Positions 29,043 through 38,639 of a DNA stretch of 64,000 bases are shown here, piece after piece (the stretch's first letter is position 1; each line of letters opens with the position of its first letter). The notes under the pieces are model-generated. The model was not told the DNA's origin, did not search any database, and was given only the letters and a program-made list of their open reading frames with translations. The DNA is taken from positions 1-64,000 of the IMG/VR virus record IMGVR_UViG_3300042545_001134. One strand, written 5' to 3'. The position numbers and the translations under genes are program-made.

Positions 29043-30859
29043 TATAATAAATTCTTGATGTTTTTTACATTCTCGAACAATTTATAATTGGTCGCATATG
29101 TTGCGAGATTTTCAATTTTAACCGGTCCACTTTCACGAGTACCTTTCTTTTTATCACCCAGCACGATGACGATAGACCCCTTCTCACAATCAATTTTCAT
29201 TGAGGGTAAAAAAATATCAAACTCCTCGTTTTCAATTCTATCGGAACCTTTGAATACTTTCTGTACAACATCATTTAAAATTTTACGATATTCAGCACAC
29301 GTCTTCACACCTTCAAAGTCATTGAATACTTTTTCAAAATAATCCTCAATGGGTTTTTGTAAATCTTCATATGTCACCTCATCGGTTTGGTGGTCCCAAA
29401 TACCCTCATAATCGTTATCAATATTGTAGTAACTTGCATAACCATCCAAAACATCAATCATATAATTTTCTTTTCCGTCGATGATTGTGTAATCTTTTTT
29501 TACTAGATATAGTAAAAAATAAGGTATTTTAACTTTTACAAGATTCTCTTTGGTGTAACTATCAAAGTCCATGTATTTTACAATATCATCAACTTGAGCC
29601 TGTGCTGCGTTCTCAAGGTGTATAGTATTTTTATTTACATAATCACTGGAATACCATTCCCAAATATCATCATCTTGAGTGAAATTATCATAGTGGTCCA
29701 TTTTAAATTGTTCGTAATCCGAATACCCGTATAATGTCTTTAATTCTTCACCATTTCTTTTATAATATTCCTCCAAATAGTTAGCCAACACATCTTTTAT
29801 GTAATCACTATCTTCATTGTACATTCTATCCCACAAGACTTCACTCCCATTATTAGCCTCACCCTCATAATAACTCAATGTATCTCGAGTGGTATTTAAA
29901 CTTCCGCCATATGAGGTTATAAATTCAACATTTAACCACTCACCTTCAATTTCCAACGATGCCAAATCATCATCCGTTATAATCTTTTCTAATGCATCAA
30001 TATCTTTATTGATTAATGCGGCGATTATTGGGTTGTTTTTTGCTGATGTGGAAACCAATTTATTTACCAATATCGTAGTATCGTCATCATCAAGGGCATT
30101 TAACCTTTCGATTTGAGTTTTTAGTGTACTCTCATCTACATCATCACCAATAAGTGACGGGAAAAAGAAGTGTTTCACCTCCTCATTCTTATTTAAAAAT
30201 TCTTGTATGTTGATTCTCGCATCTTCTTTATCCATATATTGTTTGGATTGAAAGTGGAGTTGATATTTTTCATTAATATCTGAGTTCTTTATTAAAATAT
30301 AAAGATGCCCCTGTGAGTGATATCTTGAATATAAACTACCTCTATCCTGATGTTTTGGGTTTAAAGATTGTGGACCCCAAGTTGTACACCATTCAGTGTT
30401 TACTCCTAAGTAACAAGATGCCTTCTCCGTGAATGGTACAAAAATCGTCCATAACTCACTTTGAAAGACCTTCCTATACTCTTTCTCATCTAATGCGGAG
30501 ATAATCGAACCAAGGTCTCTTGTGTCCTTCGCATAGTATCCTTTTACTACGTCATATAAATCATTTAATGATTTAATCTTATTTGAATCGAGTGAGACAC
30601 TATGTTTGTAAACATAATCCAAATATTCCTTTGCTCTTGGTAAATCCTCAAGTTTTAATGTTTTCTTTCTATATAAGTTAATCAACAATTTGGCAAACTT
30701 ACCAATTCGTTGAATACCATTTTCGTTTGATTTACTTTGAGGGTCAGACATAACAACTTGATTGAACTCTTCTCTTGGAATGTCCTTATAGTATGAGTTA
30801 TAAATCTCATCGGGAGTCGCCTCCAATAGTAATGATTCAAATAAATCCTCTAATCTCAT
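29042..30859 (-). CDS. Putative virion protein with PcfJ-like WCTT domain
   Basis: ASCYLGVNTEWCTT..LYILI..KYQLHF; LLLEA leader. Confidence 0.55.
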   Translation of the reverse strand: MRLEDLFESLLLEATPDEIYNSYYKDIPREEFNQVVMSDPQSKSNENGIQRIGKFAKLLINLYRKKTLKLEDLPRAKEYLDYVYKHSVSLDSNKIKSLNDLYDVVKGYYAKDTRDLGSIISALDEKEYRKVFQSELWTIFVPFTEKASCYLGVNTEWCTTWGPQSLNPKHQDRGSLYSRYHSQGHLYILIKNSDINEKYQLHFQSKQYMDKEDARINIQEFLNKNEEVKHFFFPSLIGDDVDESTLKTQIERLNALDDDDTTILVNKLVSTSAKNNPIIAALINKDIDALEKIITDDDLASLEIEGEWLNVEFITSYGGSLNTTRDTLSYYEGEANNGSEVLWDRMYNEDSDYIKDVLANYLEEYYKRNGEELKTLYGYSDYEQFKMDHYDNFTQDDDIWEWYSSDYVNKNTIHLENAAQAQVDDIVKYMDFDSYTKENLVKVKIPYFLLYLVKKDYTIIDGKENYMIDVLDGYASYYNIDNDYEGIWDHQTDEVTYEDLQKPIEDYFEKVFNDFEGVKTCAEYRKILNDVVQKVFKGSDRIENEEFDIFLPSMKIDCEKGSIVIVLGDKKKGTRESGPVKIENLATYATNYKLFENVKNIKNLL

Positions 30860-32178
30860 TATTGTGTTTTAATTGTTTTACTAAACGGTGGTATTGGTGT
30901 TAATTCAAATCTTCTATTTGGTGCGGTATCTTCCACCTTGGTTGGGGCTTGTGCTGTCCACCCTGGCCCAAACTTAGTTGTTTCACCCGCACCATAGAAA
31001 CCAAAACTAAGTCCTGTTCCCGTTAATTTTTCATTTATAATATCTGCAATTCGTTTTGCTCTTGCCTCAGATAAACATTTATTATATTCACCTCTTGTTG
31101 CCACTGATTTACACGGAGCATATTTCCCCGTTATTTTTTGTTCTGAATTGGCATCAATACTTGCGTAACCTACAATTTTAGGTGACGACTTCATAATGTG
31201 GTCCGTAAGTGGTTTACCGTGTTGATTAGCATTTGTTTTCATTTTATTCACAAACCCATCAATTTGACCCATTGATTTTCCTTCATCAATAAAGTTAGTC
31301 TCATCAAATTTAAAAACGTCAACTAATGAGAATTCAACTTTAATTACGGTCTCACTTGGAGTTTTACCCGTTGTTGTTGCGGTTCTTGGTACATCTCCCC
31401 CAATTTTCATATTGGGGTTACTATTGAAAACAAATTTCTGTAATTCTAAAAATAAACCTCCCGATTGTAGATACGCATAAACATCATTGTTCACTTTCAT
31501 TGGTAACCTATTATACTTAAAATATGTACCTAATGGGTATTCATCACCCGCGGCAACTGACTCTTTAGATGTGGCCCTATCAGGTTTACCCGTAAAACCC
31601 AATATAAAACGTCCACCATTCTGACGGTCAGTTTTAATGGTAACATCAACCATACCCTTTTCTATTTCCAACAAGTATCTTGGGTTTTTTTCAAAAAACA
31701 TCGCCACTTTAGGGTCCTCTTTTAATATGTCAGCGGCGAACGCCGTTGAGACTGCCCCAACTTTGAACATTCCGTCAAAATCTCCAACATAATAGTATTC
31801 TTTTGTTTCCTCAAGAGGTACCTCACCCTCAACCACTTTACCATTTTCAGTACCTTTAATAACAACAGAGTATGAGTCATTTGGACCTTGTTCCACTCGA
31901 ATTGTAAGTAAGTTTAATAGTTCAGTCTGTTTGTTTGGAAGAATTTCCATATTCATTCTCTCCTCGATATATCTTATCACATCGGCATCAGAAATAAAAT
32001 CAGGTTGTTCGTTAATAACTTTACTAACCAATTTAACTAAATCCGATTCGGTTAATTTAACCATTTTTTGTTTGGTCGTTGGTGGGGACACCGTTCTATC
32101 TGAGGATGTTGGTTGCTCAAGTATATTTTGAACCATATTCTTTAAATCATTCTCAGTAAGTTTTATAATTTTCGCCAT
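30859..32178 (-). CDS. Protein with duplicated LTE leader and C-terminal OmpA-like domain
   Basis: IVGYAS..YNKCLSEARA..GAGET..NRRFE. Confidence 0.65.
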   Translation of the reverse strand: MAKIIKLTENDLKNMVQNILEQPTSSDRTVSPPTTKQKMVKLTESDLVKLVSKVINEQPDFISDADVIRYIEERMNMEILPNKQTELLNLLTIRVEQGPNDSYSVVIKGTENGKVVEGEVPLEETKEYYYVGDFDGMFKVGAVSTAFAADILKEDPKVAMFFEKNPRYLLEIEKGMVDVTIKTDRQNGGRFILGFTGKPDRATSKESVAAGDEYPLGTYFKYNRLPMKVNNDVYAYLQSGGLFLELQKFVFNSNPNMKIGGDVPRTATTTGKTPSETVIKVEFSLVDVFKFDETNFIDEGKSMGQIDGFVNKMKTNANQHGKPLTDHIMKSSPKIVGYASIDANSEQKITGKYAPCKSVATRGEYNKCLSEARAKRIADIINEKLTGTGLSFGFYGAGETTKFGPGWTAQAPTKVEDTAPNRRFELTPIPPFSKTIKTQ

Positions 32179-32255
32179 AATATTAAATGTTACCTATAAA
32201 TATACCAAAATCCGTCTTTATGTTGTAGGAATAACCTTGGGTTGTGTCTTTTAAA

Positions 32256-32337
32256 TTTTACCCAGTATTTATACTAGCACTAGATTCTAGCAATCTAGAA
32301 ATAACTAGAAAAGCATCTAGTATTATACTGGGTAAAA
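32256..32337. repeat. Near-perfect 21-bp inverted repeat enclosing six CTAG sites
   Basis: TTTTACCCAGTATTTATACTAG ... CTAGTATTATACTGGGTAAAA. Confidence 0.85.
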
Positions 32338-32341
32338 TCAT

Positions 32342-32611
32342 ATGAAAGTAATTGTTTCTGAAAAAACGTTAAGTAAGGTAATTGGTAAGTTAGTTACCGA
32401 AAACTATGAATCTGAGAAATTATACCACAGAGAGTCGTTGGTGAAGAAATTATTGGTTAAAAACCAAAAAGGTTTCTTTGTTGCTCCTAAAGAGATTAGG
32501 TCATTAATCGAAAGATTACCGTATATTGAATGTACTGATTCCCAAGGTAACCCCCAAACTTGTACTAAAATACCCGAAGTACTCTACGTTTATTTAACCG
32601 GAAGATATTAA
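32342..32611 (+). CDS. Small protein with VSEK leader
   Basis: ORF track. Confidence 0.65.
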   Translation: MKVIVSEKTLSKVIGKLVTENYESEKLYHRESLVKKLLVKNQKGFFVAPKEIRSLIERLPYIECTDSQGNPQTCTKIPEVLYVYLTGRY

Positions 32612-32665
32612 TAAAAAAACCCTCATAAGAGGGTTTAATTTTTTATAAGGTATTCAAATTGGTTA

Positions 32666-32884
32666 TTAAAAGAATCTTTTAAAACTTGCTTTGATTTTTT
32701 CAACTGATTCGTTCACTAAATCATCAGTCTCATTTTCAATACCGTCTTCAGAATCGCATTCCTCACACACTTCCTCTTCGTTTTGTTCCATTTCAACTGA
32801 TTCGTCAGTTTCTTGTGTAACGAATGAATGACGACGTTCCATAATCATTTTCAATTGACTTTCTGTGATTTTAATTTTTTTCAT
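32666..32884 (-). CDS. Small acidic protein with ITESQLK leader
   Basis: MKKIKITESQLK. Confidence 0.65.
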   Translation of the reverse strand: MKKIKITESQLKMIMERRHSFVTQETDESVEMEQNEEEVCEECDSEDGIENETDDLVNESVEKIKASFKRFF

Positions 32885-32929
32885 TTTTTCGGTTTCTATA
32901 TAAATATCAAGTTATTGTAAAAGATTAAA

Positions 32930-33442
32930 TTACTTAAAGTAACCATCGATTCCAAATTTACGTACAAGTCTATTTCTTCTTTTACATGCTGGATTCTGTC
33001 TCGTACCTCCACGGAAGATTAATTTACCCAATTTTACAATAATAATAATCGCAATTAAACCGGCAACAACTATAACCGCAACCGCAGGTACTGCCACTCC
33101 GGCAATTAAAATTGTCGCACCAACTTGTTCTTGAACAACCGGTTGTTGTGTTATTGGTTGTTCAGGTTGTTTTTTAATTGATTTAACCTGTTTTAAGACC
33201 ATAATAAGGTCATTAACATCCATTGTATCCAATTTAGATTTAATGTTGTTTACAACGTCCGCATACTCCGCTGGTGGTTCCTCAATTGGACACTCAGGTG
33301 ATACTTCCATTTTCTCTTCGGGTGTTAATACGATTCCTGCCTGAGCCAACGCATTGTCAAATTGTTGTTCTTCTGTTGATTCGGTATAAAGTCCTCTGAT
33401 ACGGTTTCTTTCTTCTTCTGTTAATGTAAATTTTTGTCCCAT
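32930..33442 (-). CDS. Protein with LTEEE leader and C-terminal TM helix
   Basis: Start MGQKF at 33442. Confidence 0.65.
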   Translation of the reverse strand: MGQKFTLTEEERNRIRGLYTESTEEQQFDNALAQAGIVLTPEEKMEVSPECPIEEPPAEYADVVNNIKSKLDTMDVNDLIMVLKQVKSIKKQPEQPITQQPVVQEQVGATILIAGVAVPAVAVIVVAGLIAIIIIVKLGKLIFRGGTRQNPACKRRNRLVRKFGIDGYFK

Positions 33443-33553
33443 ATTAATGTTTATTATAAATATCATAAAAATGGGGATAGAAGTAGCGAATTCCTATCCC
33501 CGTGTCCGTGACTAGTCCCGGTCCTAAAGTGAGGTTTTCAAACCTCAACTATC

Positions 33554-34498
33554 TTAATTTGTCGGTTGCTGTACAAGACCTGGTGTCACTGTTTCAGGAT
33601 TTGATACGGTTGGTTTCAACGGTTCCATTGGTTTTAGTTCCTCAGTATCTCTTGATAAAAATTTACGTCCATTAGTGTTCCAAGCTTTTTGAGTTCTTGG
33701 ACCAAAAATACCGTATCCCTTACCATTTTGACCTTTATTAATAATACCACCATTATATCCCACGGCCCAACCTTTAGCATTTACGTCTAACCAATCTTGG
33801 AATAATTTAATTCCATTGGCATCTTTTAATTCTTTTGGTGTTGGTATCAATACTTTTTTAGGTGCAACTTTAAATTCTGGGTCTTTACATGTGTAATTTG
33901 CCATCGTTTTATTTGCCAACATTTTTCTACCGTTAGCAAAATACGTAACACCATTTATTAAGTATGACATTGTACCATCACTATATTTTTGTTGTTTTGC
34001 ACCTTTAAATCCCGTTACACATGGATACTTTAACCAAGGGTCAGTCGCGGGTGCGGCAGGTGCTGCTACAGGTGTCGCTAATAATTTGAAACTATTGGTT
34101 TTAAAATACTTAACAGATGGTTTGTATTTGTCGGCATTTGTTTCATAGGTATTATTTACCCCAATACTTTTCAAGTGTTTAGAAACCATTTCCACGGTGT
34201 ATAAATTATCCACGCCCATATCACTATTAATCCATCCCGCAACATCTAACTCTGAATATAGTTTTTTAAGTTCGGCATTTACTAATGAAAATTGTGCAGC
34301 GTCTTTAATCTTCAAAACTCCATTTCTAAATTTTGTGGGGTCAGTACCGGGACCACTAACTGATGCGTGTATCTCTTTCGCGATACCAATATTTATGTCC
34401 ACGGCTTGTTCATTTAATGGATTACCATATCCATGTTTCTTATGCATATTAAGGATTTCTTCCTTTTCTGACTCTGTTAGTAAAAAATTTTTATACAT
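33554..34498 (-). CDS. Protein with LTESE leader and peptidoglycan-binding-like segment
   Basis: IKLFQDWLD..GIFGPRTQKAW. Confidence 0.65.
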   Translation of the reverse strand: MYKNFLLTESEKEEILNMHKKHGYGNPLNEQAVDINIGIAKEIHASVSGPGTDPTKFRNGVLKIKDAAQFSLVNAELKKLYSELDVAGWINSDMGVDNLYTVEMVSKHLKSIGVNNTYETNADKYKPSVKYFKTNSFKLLATPVAAPAAPATDPWLKYPCVTGFKGAKQQKYSDGTMSYLINGVTYFANGRKMLANKTMANYTCKDPEFKVAPKKVLIPTPKELKDANGIKLFQDWLDVNAKGWAVGYNGGIINKGQNGKGYGIFGPRTQKAWNTNGRKFLSRDTEELKPMEPLKPTVSNPETVTPGLVQQPTN

Positions 34499-34616
34499 TG
34501 TTTTAGTTTTTTTATAAATATTTAATTTTATGGGGTTATCATCCGTTTAACCGAATAAAATATTATTAAAGAAAAGAAAATAGACAAATAAACCGTCTGT
34601 GATATCAATCTCTTCA

Positions 34617-35246
34617 TTACCCGCAATTCCATAATATTGGGTCAGTTTCAAATAGGTTTTTAAAATCCAAGAATATAAGTTCCGCTAGTTTCACCAAGAA
34701 ACTCTTTTGGATATCTAAACCACAACTAACACTTATACTTCCAAGACCTTCGTAAATGTGACACCTTAAAAGACGTAAAATTAACCACGCACCAATTGCG
34801 ATGAATACACCTACAGGTAATGCCAATAAAAATACTTTAACTGATTCAAATGCCGCCATTGCTCCCGCCTGTTCATTCATTTGTGCCGGTTGTTCTTGTG
34901 GTGTTGGTTGTTGTTTATCTTGTCTTTTTTGTCTTCTCATCGCCTTTAGTTCCTGAATCATCAGTTTTAACTCATCTTTCGATGCGGTTGGGAGAACGGG
35001 ATTAAGAATTGATGCAACTTTCTTTTTTGCATTTGTAATTTCGGGAGTCTCGGCGGTTGAACTTGAAACATCCTCTTTAGATACCCCAAGTTGACTTATC
35101 TCGGATGCCAATGTTTTAACAAATTGTAACCCCTGAGCGGATTCGGGACTAAAACAATTTGATTCATCCTCGTTGATTTTACCTTTACAGCAACCCATGA
35201 TAGATTTAATTCTACCTATTTCTTCGTTTAATGTTTGTTTTTTCAT
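34617..35246 (-). CDS. Protein with LNEE leader and TM helix (related to 32930 gene)
   Basis: Start MKKQTLNEE at 35246; QQP..EQ(A/V)GA-TM arrangement shared. Confidence 0.6.
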   Translation of the reverse strand: MKKQTLNEEIGRIKSIMGCCKGKINEDESNCFSPESAQGLQFVKTLASEISQLGVSKEDVSSSTAETPEITNAKKKVASILNPVLPTASKDELKLMIQELKAMRRQKRQDKQQPTPQEQPAQMNEQAGAMAAFESVKVFLLALPVGVFIAIGAWLILRLLRCHIYEGLGSISVSCGLDIQKSFLVKLAELIFLDFKNLFETDPILWNCG

Positions 35247-35250
35247 TATT

Positions 35251-36303
35251 TTATATAAATGGTTGAATAAATTTAGCATAATTAGTTCCACCATCAGGTC
35301 TACTTTCTTTGATGCCGAAATAATATAACATTTCGGGGTCATTAATACGAACTTCTTTTTGTGGAACTGTGTTCATGTTAGTAATAAATTTCTTGTCATA
35401 GGCAAAACGAACCACCCTTTCAATTTTATCGTCATCACCCCAATAAAATACCCACCTAAGGATAGGTGCGGTCCATGGGTCAGCAACCACATTTGTGTTC
35501 CATTTAATCTCATATGCGGTCATGTGTTTGTTGTCCCACTTATTTCTAAGTAACTTTTCACGTTGTTTAACAAACATATCGTCTACCGCCACCATACCAA
35601 GAGAATTTTTACCGTTAGCATAATACGACCCAGTTAAAATCATATTTGCGTTAATGTCTGTATATGTTTCAATAGTATCGGTACTCGTTTTACCCGTTGT
35701 AGTTACGGTTGTTATGTCTTTCTTGTATTTGAATACAAGTGTAACGTTCATAAACTGACCTGGGTTGGGATATTTGGTTGTATCTCTTACTTCATCCTTA
35801 ACACCACCTGTATTCAATACGATGGTTTTAAACGCAACTTTCGCAACATCAGAATCGGAGATTTTATTTTTTTTAAGGAAGTTGAATAGTGCGGGGCGAA
35901 ACGACTGTGCTCTTAACAACGCCAATTGAACATTCTTTTTATACAGGGGGTCCTCAAGGTTTTGACCTTTTGGTGCAACTGCGTAATTATTTTCCTTATC
36001 GTATGGTGTTACCTTACCTAACCATGTGTTACTTGCACCGGCTGTAAAGGTTCCATTAGTAAAAGTCATTTCACCACTTTTTAACATAGCGGGACCATTC
36101 GGTGTTGCATTAATCTTTTCCAATAATGTTTTGGTGAAGTCAGCAAGAAATGGAGTTGGGTCCGACGAGTTAACGGGATACGCCGCCTTAAAGTTAAAAC
36201 TAACTTTAACTTCAATAGGGGTTGTTACCTCATTTAATAATGATGTCCCATTCTTACCGATTAACGATTTAAGTTGGGACTCCGTGATGATGATTTTTCT
36301 CAT
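35251..36303 (-). CDS. Protein with ITESQLK leader
   Basis: MRKIIITESQLK. Confidence 0.7.
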   Translation of the reverse strand: MRKIIITESQLKSLIGKNGTSLLNEVTTPIEVKVSFNFKAAYPVNSSDPTPFLADFTKTLLEKINATPNGPAMLKSGEMTFTNGTFTAGASNTWLGKVTPYDKENNYAVAPKGQNLEDPLYKKNVQLALLRAQSFRPALFNFLKKNKISDSDVAKVAFKTIVLNTGGVKDEVRDTTKYPNPGQFMNVTLVFKYKKDITTVTTTGKTSTDTIETYTDINANMILTGSYYANGKNSLGMVAVDDMFVKQREKLLRNKWDNKHMTAYEIKWNTNVVADPWTAPILRWVFYWGDDDKIERVVRFAYDKKFITNMNTVPQKEVRINDPEMLYYFGIKESRPDGGTNYAKFIQPFI

Positions 36304-36529
36304 ATAGACTAATATTAATAAATACCTGAAACGGTATTATTGTTTAACGGTGGTTAGATAATAACTCAACCCATTATATATAATGAATTGTATATTGTCT
36401 TCACCTTCAATGGGACGGTAACGTGTCCAAATTTCGGTTAATCCTATTTCCCCTTTAATGGGTTTCATTGTTATTTTGTTTTCTTCAAATCTAATCGTAC
36501 GCATATAATATTTTTACTATAAGTACCGA

Positions 36530-36712
36530 TTAATTCCTATGAAGAATAACTTTTTTCAGTGAATCGGATTTTTCGATTGTAATTTCAATGTTAATGTTTT
36601 TCTCACCTCTAAGACGGGCAAGTTCCTTTTGTTGAAAGTAACAGATGATAAGGAGACTTATTGCTCCCGCCATACTGATGTGTTTTTGATATTTTTGAAA
36701 AAATTTAATCAT
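36530..36712 (-). CDS. Small membrane protein
   Basis: One TM helix. Confidence 0.55.
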   Translation of the reverse strand: MIKFFQKYQKHISMAGAISLLIICYFQQKELARLRGEKNINIEITIEKSDSLKKVILHRN

Positions 36713-36719
36713 TGTTCTT

Positions 36720-37268
36720 TTATTTTTTTATCCACCATTGTTGTTGATTACCAATGGCATTTATGTTGTCCTCTCCAAACATTTCGTTTACCGACTCATA
36801 TACACCAGGCCAACAGGTGCAGTAATCATCACCACAAATAAACCCACCGGGTTTTACTTTGGGTAACCAAGACTGTATATCGTTTTTAACGGAATTATAA
36901 TCATGAGCCCCGTCGATGTACACAATATCAAAATACTCATCTTCGTATAATGACGATTGTGAAACGGAATTATTCTTATGGATGTTTATAAGGTCTTTTA
37001 AGGGTATTAAATTGTTTCGAGTTATAGTTTCATAGTCCACACCCTTAACGTGTTCTGGTGACCCCTCAAAGTGGTCAATGGCGTGATATTCGAAATCAAC
37101 ACCTTTATTGATTAGGTCGACACATATCAGTGCGGTACCTCTACCCTGGTAAACCCCAATCTCGGCGATTTTTAATTTACCTGACGGGTTATCTACAATT
37201 GTATTAAATAATTCCCCTTGTTCATGTGGTTGAGCCCAACCTTCTATATTTTGATAGAAATGTTCCAT
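36720..37268 (-). CDS. Class I SAM-dependent methyltransferase (Methyltransf_24-like)
   Basis: AEIGVYQG, DIVYIDGAHDY, LPKVKPGGFICGDDY. Confidence 0.88.
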   Translation of the reverse strand: MEHFYQNIEGWAQPHEQGELFNTIVDNPSGKLKIAEIGVYQGRGTALICVDLINKGVDFEYHAIDHFEGSPEHVKGVDYETITRNNLIPLKDLINIHKNNSVSQSSLYEDEYFDIVYIDGAHDYNSVKNDIQSWLPKVKPGGFICGDDYCTCWPGVYESVNEMFGEDNINAIGNQQQWWIKK

Positions 37269-37326
37269 AATTAAGATTTACACAAATAAATATGGTCCCC
37301 TTTAATTAACGGTCCACAATCTCATT

Positions 37327-37346
37327 CCGGCGTACGAGGTTCATTT
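37327..37346. repeat. 20-bp direct repeat, copy 1 (copy 2 at 39631-39650)
   Basis: CCGGCGTACGAGGTTCATTT identical at both sites. Confidence 0.85.
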
Positions 37347-37580
37347 TTTAGAGAACATTCTCAATGCACTTATCATAAGGATGGTCATACCAACCCCGAG
37401 GGTGCAAGAAACGTCAAAAGACATATTATGAATTCCTGAATGGAACAAAGATGCGAACACCACGGCGGTTAGAATATAAATCCAAAACAACTTAATGAAA
37501 TGATACATCCCAACTGCCAGTATGGTAAATGCGCCCAAAAAGAATGCAAATACAACTTCTAATAATTTTATCATAAACAT
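37341..37580 (-). CDS. Small membrane protein
   Basis: Strongly hydrophobic. Confidence 0.55.
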   Translation of the reverse strand: MFMIKLLEVVFAFFLGAFTILAVGMYHFIKLFWIYILTAVVFASLFHSGIHNMSFDVSCTLGVGMTILMISALRMFSKK

Positions 37581-37651
37581 AAATAGAATATATATGGAAC
37601 AAAAAACCCCACCTTTAAGGGGTAGGGTTTTAATGATTTATTTTAACTTTA

Positions 37652-38050
37652 TTATTTTCTAATCGAAAGAGCACTATCCAATTCGTCATTCGTACCCTCG
37701 AATCCTGGCATTTCAGTATTATCCCTATAGTCCGTTCTACCATCATCCTCGGATTTTGTGAAACCCATAAATTTATATGCCTCTTCATCACTTTGGTTTA
37801 AAACCATTTTATTAAGACTTGTATAAAACTGTTTCATGAATGTCCATTTAATACCACCTTCTTGTTGGGGACCAACAAAATGACTATATTCATCCACTAA
37901 CATTTTTGAAATTTTGTTTGCGGCCTCATCTGCCGCCATCATAGCGATTTGAAGACCACCTAAACCTTCAGATAGTGTGGATTCATTATTAATCCCCATT
38001 ATTTCTTTAACTCGGGATAACTCTTCGTTCAATTTTATTTTGTTTGACAT
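37652..38050 (-). CDS. Protein with LNEE leader
   Basis: MSNKIKLNEELSRVKEIMG. Confidence 0.65.
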   Translation of the reverse strand: MSNKIKLNEELSRVKEIMGINNESTLSEGLGGLQIAMMAADEAANKISKMLVDEYSHFVGPQQEGGIKWTFMKQFYTSLNKMVLNQSDEEAYKFMGFTKSEDDGRTDYRDNTEMPGFEGTNDELDSALSIRK

Positions 38051-38116
38051 AATATAATGTTTAAGAATAAATATCATATAAAATGAAAAACCCCTCGTAT
38101 TAGGAGGGGTTAATTA

Positions 38117-38548
38117 TTAAATTAGTTCGATGGTGTTAATCTTATCACCTTGTCTGATGTTGTCAATTATATCCAACCCTTCCACAACCTTACCGAAACA
38201 GGTATGGTTTCTATCGAGGTGTTGTGTTCCTTGTCTACCGTGGCAGATGAAAAACTGTGAACCACCGGTATTTCTACCAGCGTGGGCCATAGATAACACA
38301 CCTTTATCGTGGAATTGTTTATCGGCGTTTACTTCGCACTCGATGGTATAACCGGGTCCACCGTTACCAATACCGTTAGGACAACCTCCCTGAATAACAA
38401 AGTTAGGGATAACTCTATGGAAGTTTAATCCATCATAGAATTTCAAACCAATTAGTTTAAGGAAGTTACTTACGGTGATAGGGGTTTCGTTGTCGTACAA
38501 CTCAGCAACCATGTCACCTCTGTCTGTGGAAATTTTTACTTTACTCAT
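38117..38548 (-). CDS. Cyclophilin-type peptidyl-prolyl cis-trans isomerase
   Basis: FYDGLNFHRVIPNFVIQGGCP, LSMAHAGRNTGGSQFFI, HLDRNHTCFG. Confidence 0.95.
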   Translation of the reverse strand: MSKVKISTDRGDMVAELYDNETPITVSNFLKLIGLKFYDGLNFHRVIPNFVIQGGCPNGIGNGGPGYTIECEVNADKQFHDKGVLSMAHAGRNTGGSQFFICHGRQGTQHLDRNHTCFGKVVEGLDIIDNIRQGDKINTIELI

Positions 38549-38639
38549 ATATCTCGTTTTTCCAATAATACGAAAAAAATATTAATCAATCAAGACTATG
38601 TTATAAATAAAAAACCCACCTTGTGGGTGGGTCTTAATA

